The notes under the pieces: model-generated | Told to the model about the DNA's origin: nothing | The model's input: only the letters and a program-made list of their open reading frames with translations | The model's database searches: none | Virus record (IMG/VR): IMGVR_UViG_3300020185_000029 | Coordinates: 1 to 64,000 of that record | From: an uncultured virus (IMG/VR IMGVR_UViG_3300020185_000029) | Taxonomy: Duplodnaviria > Heunggongvirae > Uroviricota > Caudoviricetes | Direction: 5' to 3' (one strand) | DNA length: 64,000 nt | Position numbers and translations under genes: made by a program | Shown here: piece by piece, positions 17,682 to 27,777 of the stretch | Layout: every line of letters starts with the position of its first letter | How positions within the stretch are numbered: the first letter of the stretch is position 1

Positions 17682-19328
17682 ATGGAAAAATATTATTGGT
17701 TAAACGAAGACTCTAGAACATTTCTTTCTAGAGGTTATTTAAAAAAGGGTCAAAGCCCAGAAGGTAGAATTTCTGAGATTGCCGAAAATGCTGAGAAGAT
17801 TCTTGGTGTAGATGGGTTTGCAGAAAAATTCTTAGACTATATGTCTAAAGGTTTTTACTCTCTATCTACCCCTGTATGGGTCAACTTTGGTAACAAGAGA
17901 GGTCTTCCAGTGTCATGCTTTAATTCTCACGTATCGGATACTATGGAGTCGATCTTAGATAAAGCTTCCGAGGTGGGCATTATGTCTAAAATGGGAGGTG
18001 GTACTTCTGGATTTTTCGGAGAGCTTAGGGCTAGAGGTAAAAATATTTCTGTTGGTGGCGAGTCGTCGGGACCAATCCATTTCATGGAAATTTTTGACAA
18101 AATCGCTGAAGTCGTTAGTCAAGGTTCTGCAAGGCGAGGATCTTTTGCTGCTTACCTTCCCGTTGAGCATCCTGACATTGAAGAGTTTTTGCAGATTAGA
18201 GAGGATGGGCATCCTATTCAAAAAATGAGTATTGGGGTTACGATCACCGATGACTGGATGGAGTCAATGACCGCAGGGGATAAAGATAAAAGAAAGGTTT
18301 GGGGTAAGATTATAAAGAAGCGTTTTGAGAGCGGTTACCCTTATATCTTTTTCTCTGACACGGTCAACAACAACTCGCCTAAGATATATCAAGATCTTGA
18401 CAGAAAGATAAACAGTTCTAACCTTTGTTCTGAAATTTGCCTTAGCTCTAATGAAAACGAGTCTTTTGTCTGTGTATTATCTTCTTTAAATTTACTACAC
18501 TGGGACAAAATTAAAGAAACTGATGCAGTAGAAACTCTAACATATTTTCTTGATGCAGTTAATCAGGAGTTTGTTGATAAGACTGAGAATATCAAGCACA
18601 TGGAATCTTCGCACAAGTTCGCTAAATCTCAAAGAGCTTTGGGTATGGGAGCTTTGGGCTGGCATTCTCTACTTCAATCTAAAGGCATTTCCTTTGAAGG
18701 TCTAGAGGCAAATATACTTAACAGTTCAATTTGGAGTGAAATAGAAAGTAGATCACTAAAAGCATCAAAAGAGATGGCTGATAAGTTTGGTGAACCAGAA
18801 ATGCTAAAGGGTAAAGGAATAAGAAATGTTACTAGACTAGCAATAGCCCCAACAACATCATCCTCTTTCATTCTGGGTCAAGTATCTCCGTCTATTGAGC
18901 CGTTGAATAGTAATTACTTTGTAAAAAAACTGGCTAAAGGAAATTTTACTTATAAAAACCCTTTCTTGAAGTCACTTTTAGAATCTAAAGGTGAGAATAG
19001 TCCAGAATCTTGGAGATCAATCTTACTGCATGGTGGATCAGTGCAACACCTAGACTTCTTAAGTCAAGAGGAGAAGAATGTATTTAAAACATTTGGGGAG
19101 ATATCTCAAAAAGACATTGTTATTCAAGCATCTTCTAGGCAAAAGTTTATAGACCAATCCCAGTCCCTCAATTTAATGATTGGACCAGAGGTAAAACCCA
19201 AAGATGTTAGCGACTTGTTGATTTTTGGCTGGAAGTCTGGAATTAAAACGTTCTATTATCAAAGAAGTGCTAATCCCTCTCAAGAATTAAGTCGGAAGAT
19301 TAATAACTGTACTTCCTGTGAAGGATGA
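17682..19328 (+). CDS. nrdA: Ribonucleotide reductase alpha subunit, no ATP cone
   Basis: LPVSCF, SNLCSEI, AIAPTTSSS, KTFYYQRS and C-terminal CTSCEG. Confidence 0.95.
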   Translation: MEKYYWLNEDSRTFLSRGYLKKGQSPEGRISEIAENAEKILGVDGFAEKFLDYMSKGFYSLSTPVWVNFGNKRGLPVSCFNSHVSDTMESILDKASEVGIMSKMGGGTSGFFGELRARGKNISVGGESSGPIHFMEIFDKIAEVVSQGSARRGSFAAYLPVEHPDIEEFLQIREDGHPIQKMSIGVTITDDWMESMTAGDKDKRKVWGKIIKKRFESGYPYIFFSDTVNNNSPKIYQDLDRKINSSNLCSEICLSSNENESFVCVLSSLNLLHWDKIKETDAVETLTYFLDAVNQEFVDKTENIKHMESSHKFAKSQRALGMGALGWHSLLQSKGISFEGLEANILNSSIWSEIESRSLKASKEMADKFGEPEMLKGKGIRNVTRLAIAPTTSSSFILGQVSPSIEPLNSNYFVKKLAKGNFTYKNPFLKSLLESKGENSPESWRSILLHGGSVQHLDFLSQEEKNVFKTFGEISQKDIVIQASSRQKFIDQSQSLNLMIGPEVKPKDVSDLLIFGWKSGIKTFYYQRSANPSQELSRKINNCTSCEG

Positions 19329-19647
19329 TATACTAAATAAGGAGGAGATGGATCTACTCAAGGAAGATTCCCTACCTTCCATAAATCGGTGTCTCGATGT
19401 TATAATTAAATCGCGAGACATCGTTATGGATACGCATAAGTGGAGCGTAGATCGCAGAACGGACGATAGAGTTCTGGATTTATACTCCGCTCTATGTATT
19501 TCCTACAAAGGTATGGTTAAATATAAGAATAAGTTTGCTAGAAGTCAAAAACTTGAATCCATGATAAACAATAAGGAGGATTTTACATCCTCTTACTTAG
19601 TATGCACAAGAATTATAGAAAGAATGCTAAAAGAATACAAAGAATAG
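19318..19647 (+). CDS. Hypothetical protein
   Basis: 109-aa ORF overlapping the nrdA end. Confidence 0.55.
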   Translation: MKDDILNKEEMDLLKEDSLPSINRCLDVIIKSRDIVMDTHKWSVDRRTDDRVLDLYSALCISYKGMVKYKNKFARSQKLESMINNKEDFTSSYLVCTRIIERMLKEYKE

Positions 19648-19683
19648 TTGCTCAATTGCTCTAATCTCAATATCATCTTCCGT

Positions 19684-20712
19684 ATGAAGAAAGTAATTAT
19701 TACTGGTGTTACGGGGCAAGTTGGATCTTATATGGTAGATTTTCTGTTGAAAAATACAGACTACAAGATTTTTGGAGCAATCAGAAGATTGAGCGTACCA
19801 AATCATCGGAATATTAGCCATATCGACAACCCGCGCTTTGAATTGATCGAAATGGATCTGACGGATGAACCAAGCATCTCATCATGTATCCATGAAATTA
19901 ACCCAGATTATTTTATTAATTTTGCTGCGAACTCTTTCGTAGGAAATAGCTGGAAAATGCCAATAAATCATTTTGATGTTAATGCCGTAGGTGTTATGCG
20001 TCAACTTGAGGCGATAAGAAAGTTTTGCCCTAACTGTAGATATTATAATGCTGGATCTTCGGAAGAATTTGGCGATGTTGCGTATAGCCCACAAGACCTC
20101 AAGCATCCATCCAGACCAAGAAGTCCGTATGGTGCGGCTAAAGTTGCAGCTAGACAAATAGTAAAGGTATGGAGAGACTCATACGACCTGTATGCGGTTC
20201 AGGGCTATTTGTTTAATCATGAGTCGGAGCGCCGTGGCGAAGAGTTCGTAACAAGAAAGATTACTAAGGCTGTAGCTAGAATCAAGAAGTCTATTGAAAG
20301 TGAAGAAGATTTTAAGCCGCTAGAGCTTGGGAACATGAACGCCAAGAGAGACTGGAGTCATGCAGAGGATTTCGTTGAAGCAGTTTGGCTAATGATGAAT
20401 CAGGAAAATCCCAAAGACTATCTTCTTGCTTCTGGCGAAACTCACACAGTAAGAGAGTTTGTTGATTTGGCATTTAAAAATGCTGATATTAATAACAGCT
20501 ATTTTGAATGGGTTGGCTCAGAAGAGAGCGAAATTTTATATTGTAATGGTAAAGCTGTTGTTAGGGTTAATCCTGAGTTTTATCGGCCAGCAGAGGTTGA
20601 CTTATTGCTAGGTGATCCATCAGAAGCTGTAAATGAATTGGGTTGGATCAAGAGAGTAGATTTTGAGACTTTAGTCAAAAGAATGGTTAATAATGATTTA
20701 ATCATTGACTAA
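19684..20712 (+). CDS. gmd: GDP-mannose 4,6-dehydratase
   Basis: ITGVTGQVGSY, PRSPYGAAK, LFNHESERRGEEFVTRKIT and YRPAEVDLLLGD. Confidence 0.95.
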   Translation: MKKVIITGVTGQVGSYMVDFLLKNTDYKIFGAIRRLSVPNHRNISHIDNPRFELIEMDLTDEPSISSCIHEINPDYFINFAANSFVGNSWKMPINHFDVNAVGVMRQLEAIRKFCPNCRYYNAGSSEEFGDVAYSPQDLKHPSRPRSPYGAAKVAARQIVKVWRDSYDLYAVQGYLFNHESERRGEEFVTRKITKAVARIKKSIESEEDFKPLELGNMNAKRDWSHAEDFVEAVWLMMNQENPKDYLLASGETHTVREFVDLAFKNADINNSYFEWVGSEESEILYCNGKAVVRVNPEFYRPAEVDLLLGDPSEAVNELGWIKRVDFETLVKRMVNNDLIID

Positions 20713-20740
20713 TACTCTACTATTAGCATAGTCATAATTT

Positions 20741-21346
20741 ATGATTAAAAGAATTAGGGGAATATACAAAGGAAACATATGCAAAAAGGGAGAATATGGA
20801 ATAGCGCCAAAAATGCTTTTTATAGATCTTTATGCAGACGACCAGTTCCTATGTAGCTCTTACGACTTTTCTTTATTAAAATCTTTTAAAAATTTAAACA
20901 TTAAGCCAAGCAATCTTATTGAGTTTGATGCTACTGTAGAAACGGAAGACGGATTAAAGATAAAGAGACCCAAAAATGTAAAAAAGATTGACCTGTCCTT
21001 CTTGAAAGATTCTTTTGAATACTGTTCAAGTAAATTTATCAAGAAAAAGAAGGCCTTGTCTCGTGAAGAAATGAAGTCAGAGAAAATTGCATTCATAAGG
21101 ATGTATAATAACTATGGAGATGATTTTAACTTTTGGAAATTTCTAACACTTGGCTTCGAGTTGAATTCACTGCACTGGTTTTTAACTGACAAGGGGGAGA
21201 AATTTGTTAGAGAAAACCTAAAAAAGTATTATTATAATAATGTTGACATTCCAGAAATAAAGCCTAACTATATTCTTGAAGATGAGTTCGTCGCAGAAAA
21301 GATTGAACTAAAAAAACCTAAAACAATTATGAATTTTTTAAAATAA
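20741..21346 (+). CDS. Hypothetical protein
   Basis: 201-aa ORF with TTGACT-N16-CATAGT upstream; coupled to the RecA-like gene. Confidence 0.65.
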   Translation: MIKRIRGIYKGNICKKGEYGIAPKMLFIDLYADDQFLCSSYDFSLLKSFKNLNIKPSNLIEFDATVETEDGLKIKRPKNVKKIDLSFLKDSFEYCSSKFIKKKKALSREEMKSEKIAFIRMYNNYGDDFNFWKFLTLGFELNSLHWFLTDKGEKFVRENLKKYYYNNVDIPEIKPNYILEDEFVAEKIELKKPKTIMNFLK

Positions 21347-22449
21347 TGGCCAAGCAAAAAATAAAAGAGGGTATGGACCCCACATCTCAGTTAACTTCGT
21401 TCTTAAAGCAGAACAAGGATGATCACTTTAATTTCGAAGAGTCTGTTGACTTTAGCGTTACCCAAGGAAGTCTACTACTTGACTTACATGTTGGGAAGAT
21501 TACCCCAGGAATCATTCGTCATACTGGAGTTAGTAGGGGTGGAAAAACTTCTCAAATGCTGGAAGATGTTAAGAACTTTCTACAGGGAGTAGAAAACGCA
21601 AGATGTATTTGGGTGTTGGCTGAAGGTAGGCTAGGCAAAGAAACTAAGAAGCGTTCTGGTTTAAAGTTTACTCATGATCCAGAGACATGGGAAGATGGGA
21701 GTGTTTTTGTTTTCGAGTGCCAAGTATACGAAGCTGTATTTGATCTAGTGAGAAGCTTAATTCGTAACAACCCAGAAAATAAGAGATACTTTTTTGTCAT
21801 TGATTCTACGAATGGCCTTAAGCGTAGGGAAGATCTAGAGAAGGCCTCTGGAGCCGTTGAGAAGGTCGCAGGAGCCGCCCTGATAACTTCTGACTTCCTT
21901 AGTCGTGTATCACTCGCTATGTCCAAATTCGGCCATGTATGTGGCCTTATAGGTCAAGTTCGTTCAACTATTAGAATTAACCCGTATGAAAAGGGTTCTC
22001 CGCAACTTTCCAGCGCATCTGGTGGTGCAGCGCAAGATCACTATCCAACAATCTTCCTTGAGTTTCAGCCAAAGTATAAATCAGACTTGATTGGAGATCC
22101 AAACGATCCTTCTGGTCACTGGTGTAAAGTGAACGTTATTAAAACTGATAAAGAGAGGACCTTATCCGTTAAATATCCTATTAAATACAATTCTACTGGG
22201 ACATCTGGAAGTGTTTGGCTTGAGTATGAAATTGCCAGCCTTATGATGGAATGGGGATTTGTTAAGAAGGCTGGGGCTTGGCTATCTTTTAGCAGTGAAT
22301 TCCTTGAAGAGGCAAAATTAAATTCTCTAATCCCAGAAAACTCTGAAGATTTCAAGCTTCAAGGCGAACAGAAGCTTAGAGACTGGCTAGAAGAGAATGA
22401 GATTGCTAAAAAGTATTTATTTGAAAAATTTCAATCCCTGCTCTCTTGA
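21346..22449 (+). CDS. RecA/UvsX-family recombinase
   Basis: GSLLLDL, Walker A GVSRGGKTS, Walker B FFVIDS, GQVR, SGG.A..HY and KKAGAW. Confidence 0.8.
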   Translation: MAKQKIKEGMDPTSQLTSFLKQNKDDHFNFEESVDFSVTQGSLLLDLHVGKITPGIIRHTGVSRGGKTSQMLEDVKNFLQGVENARCIWVLAEGRLGKETKKRSGLKFTHDPETWEDGSVFVFECQVYEAVFDLVRSLIRNNPENKRYFFVIDSTNGLKRREDLEKASGAVEKVAGAALITSDFLSRVSLAMSKFGHVCGLIGQVRSTIRINPYEKGSPQLSSASGGAAQDHYPTIFLEFQPKYKSDLIGDPNDPSGHWCKVNVIKTDKERTLSVKYPIKYNSTGTSGSVWLEYEIASLMMEWGFVKKAGAWLSFSSEFLEEAKLNSLIPENSEDFKLQGEQKLRDWLEENEIAKKYLFEKFQSLLS

Positions 22450-22862
22450 AGATAAAGAATATATTCGGCAAAGATGTAAACAAGTCTTTTGCAAAGAGTA
22501 AAATTGATTGGGATAGGTCCGTATCAAAATCTCAAAAACGAATAAAGGATATCGTTAAACCTCTTTGGTGCTTCCAAGATGTTCACGAAGAACTTTATAT
22601 ACCAAGTAGTAAGCTTAGGGTCGATCTAATTAACTTTACAACTTCAACAGTAATTGAAGTTTCCCCAAAACAGCATGATACATACAATGAGTTTTTCCAC
22701 AAAGATAGGCAAAAATTTTTACGATCCCTAGAAAGGGACTTTAAAAAGATTGAATGGTGCGAAATGAATGGTTTTCAATATATCGAAATCGATGAGAAAA
22801 CACTAAAACTAACAAATGAACAGATCTTTAATTTTATTAAGGATTCAATAGAAAGTGTATAA
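22446..22862 (+). CDS. PD-(D/E)XK endonuclease (Vsr/DUF559-like)
   Basis: LRVDLIN..VIEVSPKQH...FFH...RD..KIEWCE.NG. Confidence 0.7.
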   Translation: MKIKNIFGKDVNKSFAKSKIDWDRSVSKSQKRIKDIVKPLWCFQDVHEELYIPSSKLRVDLINFTTSTVIEVSPKQHDTYNEFFHKDRQKFLRSLERDFKKIEWCEMNGFQYIEIDEKTLKLTNEQIFNFIKDSIESV

Positions 22863-22869
22863 TATGAGT

Positions 22870-24144
22870 ATGGAAGACAAAAAGTTGACAAAGGATTGCA
22901 TCGATCTTTACAAGGATGGTTGCAGTAGAATGGAAGTGGCTAGACATATCATGTCTGAAACAGGATTAAAAGAAACTGCTTCAAAGGTTAGAGCTAAAAA
23001 TATATGGGATGAAAATTTTGACGCGGATTACTCTCCGCAACAAAGTAAAAACGAAGAGTCTATTAATCCTGAAAAGGCTACTTTTGACGAAAAGAAAGAT
23101 TCGGCCACGGCAGAGTCTAAATCTTCCAACATTAGAACTCTTGAGGATCTTATCGAAGTGTGCAAGATTGACCTAGATATTTGGGAGATTGAGAGATACA
23201 TAGTAAATAAATGGGAGGTCGCAGCTAAAGGCAATGACGGAGAGATGAGACACTCTCCGCTCTATCAAGTAAAGGCATGGCTAAAGAAGAAGGAAACAGT
23301 AAATGCCAAAGAAGTAATCAAACTCTTCAAGGAGGAGCTTAATAACATCTCCAGACCAGTACAAAAAAGAAACTCTGCTGGTCAACATATCTATGAAATA
23401 TCTATTCCAGATCTGCATTTAAGCAAATTATGTTGGGGCAAAGAAACTGGCTATGAAGATTATGACATTAAGATTGCCAGCAACCTCTTCAGAGAAGCCA
23501 TGCATTATCTGGTTTCTAAGGTCGATCTAAAATCTGTTGATAGAATTGTGCTTCCCATTGGAAATGACTTCTTTAATTCAGAGGGTCTATCTGGGATGAC
23601 TACAAAGGGTACTAGGCAGGATGATGACTCAAGATGGCCGAAGTCTTTTCAAGTTGGTTGTAATTTGATTGCAGAAGTGGTTGATGAACTATCGAAAAAG
23701 GTAAATGTAGATATAGTTATTGTTCCAGGAAATCATGATTTCGAGAGATGTTTTTATCTTGGAGAATTCTTAAGCGCTTGGTATCGAAACAATGATGCTG
23801 TCAAAATTGACAACTCCCCTACTTCTAGAAAGTATGTTACCTTTGGCAAAAATCTAATTCTATTTACTCATGGCAACGAAGAAAAGGCAGCTAACCTACC
23901 TCTTCTCATGGCTACAGAGAACGCAAACTTCTCTAAGTGTAAGTTTAGAACTGCTCACCTTGGTCACTTTCATGGCACAGAAATGAAAGAATATAATGGA
24001 GTTAAAGTCAGGATACTTCCATCTCTATGCGCCCCAGATGCTTGGCACTCCAATAAAGGGTATGTGGGGAATGTTCGCTCAGCTACAGCTTTTCTCTATG
24101 AAGAGTCGCTTGGAGAAGTAGCTAACTTTTACTATAACGTCTAG
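22870..24144 (+). CDS. Calcineurin-like metallophosphoesterase
   Basis: PDLH, GNDFF, VPGNHD, THG and GHFH motifs; start placed 15 nt from GTGTATAAT at 22855. Confidence 0.8.
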   Translation: MEDKKLTKDCIDLYKDGCSRMEVARHIMSETGLKETASKVRAKNIWDENFDADYSPQQSKNEESINPEKATFDEKKDSATAESKSSNIRTLEDLIEVCKIDLDIWEIERYIVNKWEVAAKGNDGEMRHSPLYQVKAWLKKKETVNAKEVIKLFKEELNNISRPVQKRNSAGQHIYEISIPDLHLSKLCWGKETGYEDYDIKIASNLFREAMHYLVSKVDLKSVDRIVLPIGNDFFNSEGLSGMTTKGTRQDDDSRWPKSFQVGCNLIAEVVDELSKKVNVDIVIVPGNHDFERCFYLGEFLSAWYRNNDAVKIDNSPTSRKYVTFGKNLILFTHGNEEKAANLPLLMATENANFSKCKFRTAHLGHFHGTEMKEYNGVKVRILPSLCAPDAWHSNKGYVGNVRSATAFLYEESLGEVANFYYNV

Positions 24145-24162
24145 AACATATTGATCAACTTT

Positions 24163-24199
24163 GCTCCCGATTACTGACTTTCAGTTTTCGGGAGTTTTT
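24163..24199 (+). terminator. Rho-independent terminator
   Basis: CTCCCGA..ACTGA/TCAGT..TCGGGAG stem followed by a T run. Confidence 0.7.
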
Positions 24200-24237
24200 G
24201 TTTGACATGCTAAAGAAATTGCCCATATTCAACTCCA

Positions 24238-25725
24238 ATGACAAACGTAGAACTTCCCAAGAACAAAGCACTAGAACGCAAGTTTATATCTGGATTGATA
24301 TATAACTCAGATAAAGTATGGGATGAGTTTTCTGAATTTATTAGTGAGGAAGACTTTAAAGACACTGACTCAAGGTCGCTATTCCGTATTTGCAAAAGTC
24401 TATTAGAAGAAGGTCTCTCTCTTGATGCAGCCATAATTTCTGCTAGATGCAAAAGTAGTGGCATAAGTTTAATGTCGGGTAACGTAGAGGACTTTATCGA
24501 CAATATGTTGCTAACTCCCCTGTCTGAAAAGGCGACTGTGGATGCTGCAAAAGAGCTAGTAATTTTACGGATAAAGAGAAATGTAATTGTAAACTCTAAT
24601 GAGATTGCAGAGATTGCTTCTCAATATAGTGGCAGCAATCTATCTGACTTCATGGCATCTATTGAGAGCAAGTTCTCTGAAAATGGCGAAAATATCATAA
24701 GTAGGAATGAACCAATAAATATTGCTTCAGTTGCATACGACCTTGTTGAGGCAACACTTCATGACGATAAGGCTAACTATATAATTAAAACTCCTTGGCC
24801 AACCTTCAATGAGGCTTTTAGTGGGTTTCGCCCAAAGGACAGCTATTGCTTTGCTGGTAGGCCTTCTCATGGCAAATCTGGCGCTTTACTTAGTTTAGCG
24901 CAACAATGTGCAAATCAAATTAAAGAGAATTTTATTGACGGTAAAAAGCTTCCAGTTTTATATCTTGATACAGAAATGGAGCATAAAGAGCAAGCATTGC
25001 GGTGGGCCGCTTTGGTTGCAGATGTAGACCCCTATCTCATTGAAAGTGGTCAATGGGCTAAGAATAAAGATTCCGTTAATAAAATTAGAACGGTTCTTAA
25101 AAGTAGCTCCTCTACTGACAACTTCCACCACGTTTATATTCCAGGAATGAATGCGATTGAAATTCGATCTATCTTTCGAAGATGGATACGTAAGCATGTT
25201 GGCAAAGAGAATCCAGCCATCGTTGTCTTTGATTATCTTAAGATTACTGGAGATGGTTTAGCTAACCCTAAGCATGCTCGATTTGATATAGCTAGAACTC
25301 TAGATATTTTAAAAGATGAGATTAAGCAAAACTCCAATGCAACATTTCTTTTCGGCGCTCAACGAAACAGACATGGAGAAGATGACGATTCATCTTTAGC
25401 AGAAAGTGACTACATTCAGCAACTCTCGACCTTCGTTGGACTAATCAAGAAAAAGACTATGGATGAAAAAGCTGAGCAACCAGTAGAGCGATTTGGAACC
25501 CATGCTTTGATACCAGTTAAATTCAGAAAGCTAGGAAAAGATGGATGGAAGTTTGAAAATCCAGTTAAGATCAATAATAAGTATTGCTCTAATTGGATAA
25601 ATTTAAATTTCCACAACTTTAGATTCGAAGATGGCGGAGATGGTAGAGCTGTTCAAGAGTACCTCGAACTACTTGCTGATGGTAATCCAAGAGACAACAA
25701 TTCAACTAGAGAGGCAATACTTTGA
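24238..25725 (+). CDS. dnaB: Replicative DNA helicase, DnaB family
   Basis: N-terminal LPKNKALER, Walker A AGRPSHGKS, YLDTEM, VFDYLK and AQRNR. Confidence 0.9.
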   Translation: MTNVELPKNKALERKFISGLIYNSDKVWDEFSEFISEEDFKDTDSRSLFRICKSLLEEGLSLDAAIISARCKSSGISLMSGNVEDFIDNMLLTPLSEKATVDAAKELVILRIKRNVIVNSNEIAEIASQYSGSNLSDFMASIESKFSENGENIISRNEPINIASVAYDLVEATLHDDKANYIIKTPWPTFNEAFSGFRPKDSYCFAGRPSHGKSGALLSLAQQCANQIKENFIDGKKLPVLYLDTEMEHKEQALRWAALVADVDPYLIESGQWAKNKDSVNKIRTVLKSSSSTDNFHHVYIPGMNAIEIRSIFRRWIRKHVGKENPAIVVFDYLKITGDGLANPKHARFDIARTLDILKDEIKQNSNATFLFGAQRNRHGEDDDSSLAESDYIQQLSTFVGLIKKKTMDEKAEQPVERFGTHALIPVKFRKLGKDGWKFENPVKINNKYCSNWINLNFHNFRFEDGGDGRAVQEYLELLADGNPRDNNSTREAIL

Positions 25726-26729
25726 ACTCAGTAAAAGACATTTTAGACGAAATAGGTGTAAAAGTCATCAGCGTTAATGACTCTGGCTTTGCTCAATTCT
25801 GCCCAACTTATAGAAATAGTGATAACCCTTCTGGGGCTTCTATAAATCTAAAGAATGGTTGGACTACAGATTGGTCAATAAACGAGAATTTCCCTATTGA
25901 GATTTTGATTGAAAAGATGACTGGCAAAAAGCCAGACAAGGCGGTTATAAATAAAATTGCTTCCTTAGATCTAGACATCATCAATGACGAAAATGAAGTA
26001 AAGTTTTGGTCAAAGGATTCCTTACTCCACCTCTTGCCAGAACACTCTTACTGGATGAATAGAGGAGTATCCAAAGAAACGCTGGACTTCTTTCAAGGTG
26101 GTGTTTCTCATAGCGGAAAGCTTTACCAGCGATACGTATGGCCAGTCTTCGACAGACATCAAAGAATTGTAGGTTTTACAGGAAGAGATCTTACTGAAAA
26201 ACACAGTGTAAAGTATAAGCACGAAGGCAAGTCTACAAATTTCTTATTTGGGCTTTACAATAAAAAGAATGACGAGTTTCCTATTTTAAAATCTATTTTA
26301 AAGAATTCTCATTTGATTCTTGTAGAAGGTCCAAGTGATAGCGTTGCTTGCTATGATGAGGGCATCACCAACGTACTTCCAACTATGGGTTTAAATATTA
26401 GCAAGCCTATGATGTCCTTTATATTGGGAGTCAATCCTAGCCTAATAACTATCTGCTATAATAAGGATAGTAAGTTTAATGGTCAAAATGCAGCAGTAAA
26501 AAATTATACAAAGTTATTTGAGTATTTCGAACCTCATAACTTAGAGATAAAAACTCCTTCATGCAATGATCTTTCAGATGATAAAAGTAATGTAAAAAAC
26601 TTTTTCAAATCAGATCCAGATGATATAATAACTTTATTCAGAGAAAAATATATTAGAGCAAAATCAGATACTAAACAAAAGATGAGTCAAAAAGAGATAA
26701 ACGTAGGAAGGGTTTTATCTAATGGATAA
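25722..26729 (+). CDS. dnaG: DNA primase, DnaG-like TOPRIM
   Basis: RYVWPVFD..RIVGFTGR, KYKH and LILVEGPSD; follows the helicase. Confidence 0.85.
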   Translation: MNSVKDILDEIGVKVISVNDSGFAQFCPTYRNSDNPSGASINLKNGWTTDWSINENFPIEILIEKMTGKKPDKAVINKIASLDLDIINDENEVKFWSKDSLLHLLPEHSYWMNRGVSKETLDFFQGGVSHSGKLYQRYVWPVFDRHQRIVGFTGRDLTEKHSVKYKHEGKSTNFLFGLYNKKNDEFPILKSILKNSHLILVEGPSDSVACYDEGITNVLPTMGLNISKPMMSFILGVNPSLITICYNKDSKFNGQNAAVKNYTKLFEYFEPHNLEIKTPSCNDLSDDKSNVKNFFKSDPDDIITLFREKYIRAKSDTKQKMSQKEINVGRVLSNG

Positions 26730-27777
26730 GCCAACAAAACATGTACTAAGTGCCTCCAAGATTGAAACATATCAGAAGTGCAGTTTAGTTTATTATGCAA
26801 AGTATTTGAACAAGACTCCAGATAAAGAAAATTATGGAGCTTTAAGAGGCACGATATGTCATGACATTTTCGAAATGCTTATCGAAGAAAAACATAAGGA
26901 CAGAGTTGACCAAATTCTAGAAGAGGGGTCTATCCTAAAAGATAAGAAGCTTATTGATTTAATCAATTCTATGATGTCTGGCTTCAACATGGAGGAGCTA
27001 GATGATAAGGGTCAGAATAATTTTGAGATGATTTGCGAAATGATTTTCGTAGGTTTGAATTATGACTTTTACTGCAAAGGCTATAAGGTTGACTATGAAA
27101 ACCTAGAAACCATGTTTTACTTAAAGGGTACTGAAGATCAGCCTTATGAGTTGAGAGGCAAGATTGATAAGCCTTCTAGCCGTGGCAAAAAATATAGAAT
27201 TGTTGATTATAAATCTTCTGCTCAGAAAAAACAAGATGTAGAGTTGGAGTTCAGTGTTCAGGCTCTGTCCTATATTCTCTGGGCTAAGAAAGCTAAGGAT
27301 ATGACTGCCTTTGTTGAGTTTGTTTTTCTTAGATTTCCAGATAAGCCAGACCAAAGAGTAGAAGTCACCGATGAAGTTTTAGAAGGGTTTGAATCTTGGC
27401 TCTCTGATCTTTACGTATACCTAAGAAACTTTGACGAGCTAAACATGTATGACAATATGGCAGCAGACAAAGGCTATCCAAAGGATGGTACATTCTCTGG
27501 TTCTATTGTATGCGGTTATGGAAAATATCCTGGACACTCCTATTCAGACACTCATAAGAATGTAGAAAAGAGAGGCAAGCCATATTACGTATGTTCTGAA
27601 AAATGGCCATACGATTACTGGATACTTAAAGATGAAGATGGCAATATTATAAAAAGTACAAGGGATGAAGAAGATTTTAAAGATAAGGATCAAAGCCTTG
27701 TAGAAAAGAAATCATGGCAAGGATGTCCAAAATTCACAAATTCCGTTGATTTCTTGGAATGGAAAGGCTCTAAATGA
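26722..27777 (+). CDS. PD-(D/E)XK exonuclease (RecB/Cas4-like)
   Basis: LSASKIETYQKC, GTICHDIFE, LRGKIDK, IVDYKSS and Q..SY. Confidence 0.85.
   Translation: MDKPTKHVLSASKIETYQKCSLVYYAKYLNKTPDKENYGALRGTICHDIFEMLIEEKHKDRVDQILEEGSILKDKKLIDLINSMMSGFNMEELDDKGQNNFEMICEMIFVGLNYDFYCKGYKVDYENLETMFYLKGTEDQPYELRGKIDKPSSRGKKYRIVDYKSSAQKKQDVELEFSVQALSYILWAKKAKDMTAFVEFVFLRFPDKPDQRVEVTDEVLEGFESWLSDLYVYLRNFDELNMYDNMAADKGYPKDGTFSGSIVCGYGKYPGHSYSDTHKNVEKRGKPYYVCSEKWPYDYWILKDEDGNIIKSTRDEEDFKDKDQSLVEKKSWQGCPKFTNSVDFLEWKGSK

Noticed and set aside
24145..24200. Structured intergenic sequence as a tRNA or ncRNA
   Set aside because: A single hairpin plus T run with no cloverleaf; better explained as a terminator.
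26722..27777. Cas4-like nuclease as part of a CRISPR-Cas system
   Set aside because: No array or other cas genes; it sits in the helicase-primase operon like a typical phage exonuclease.
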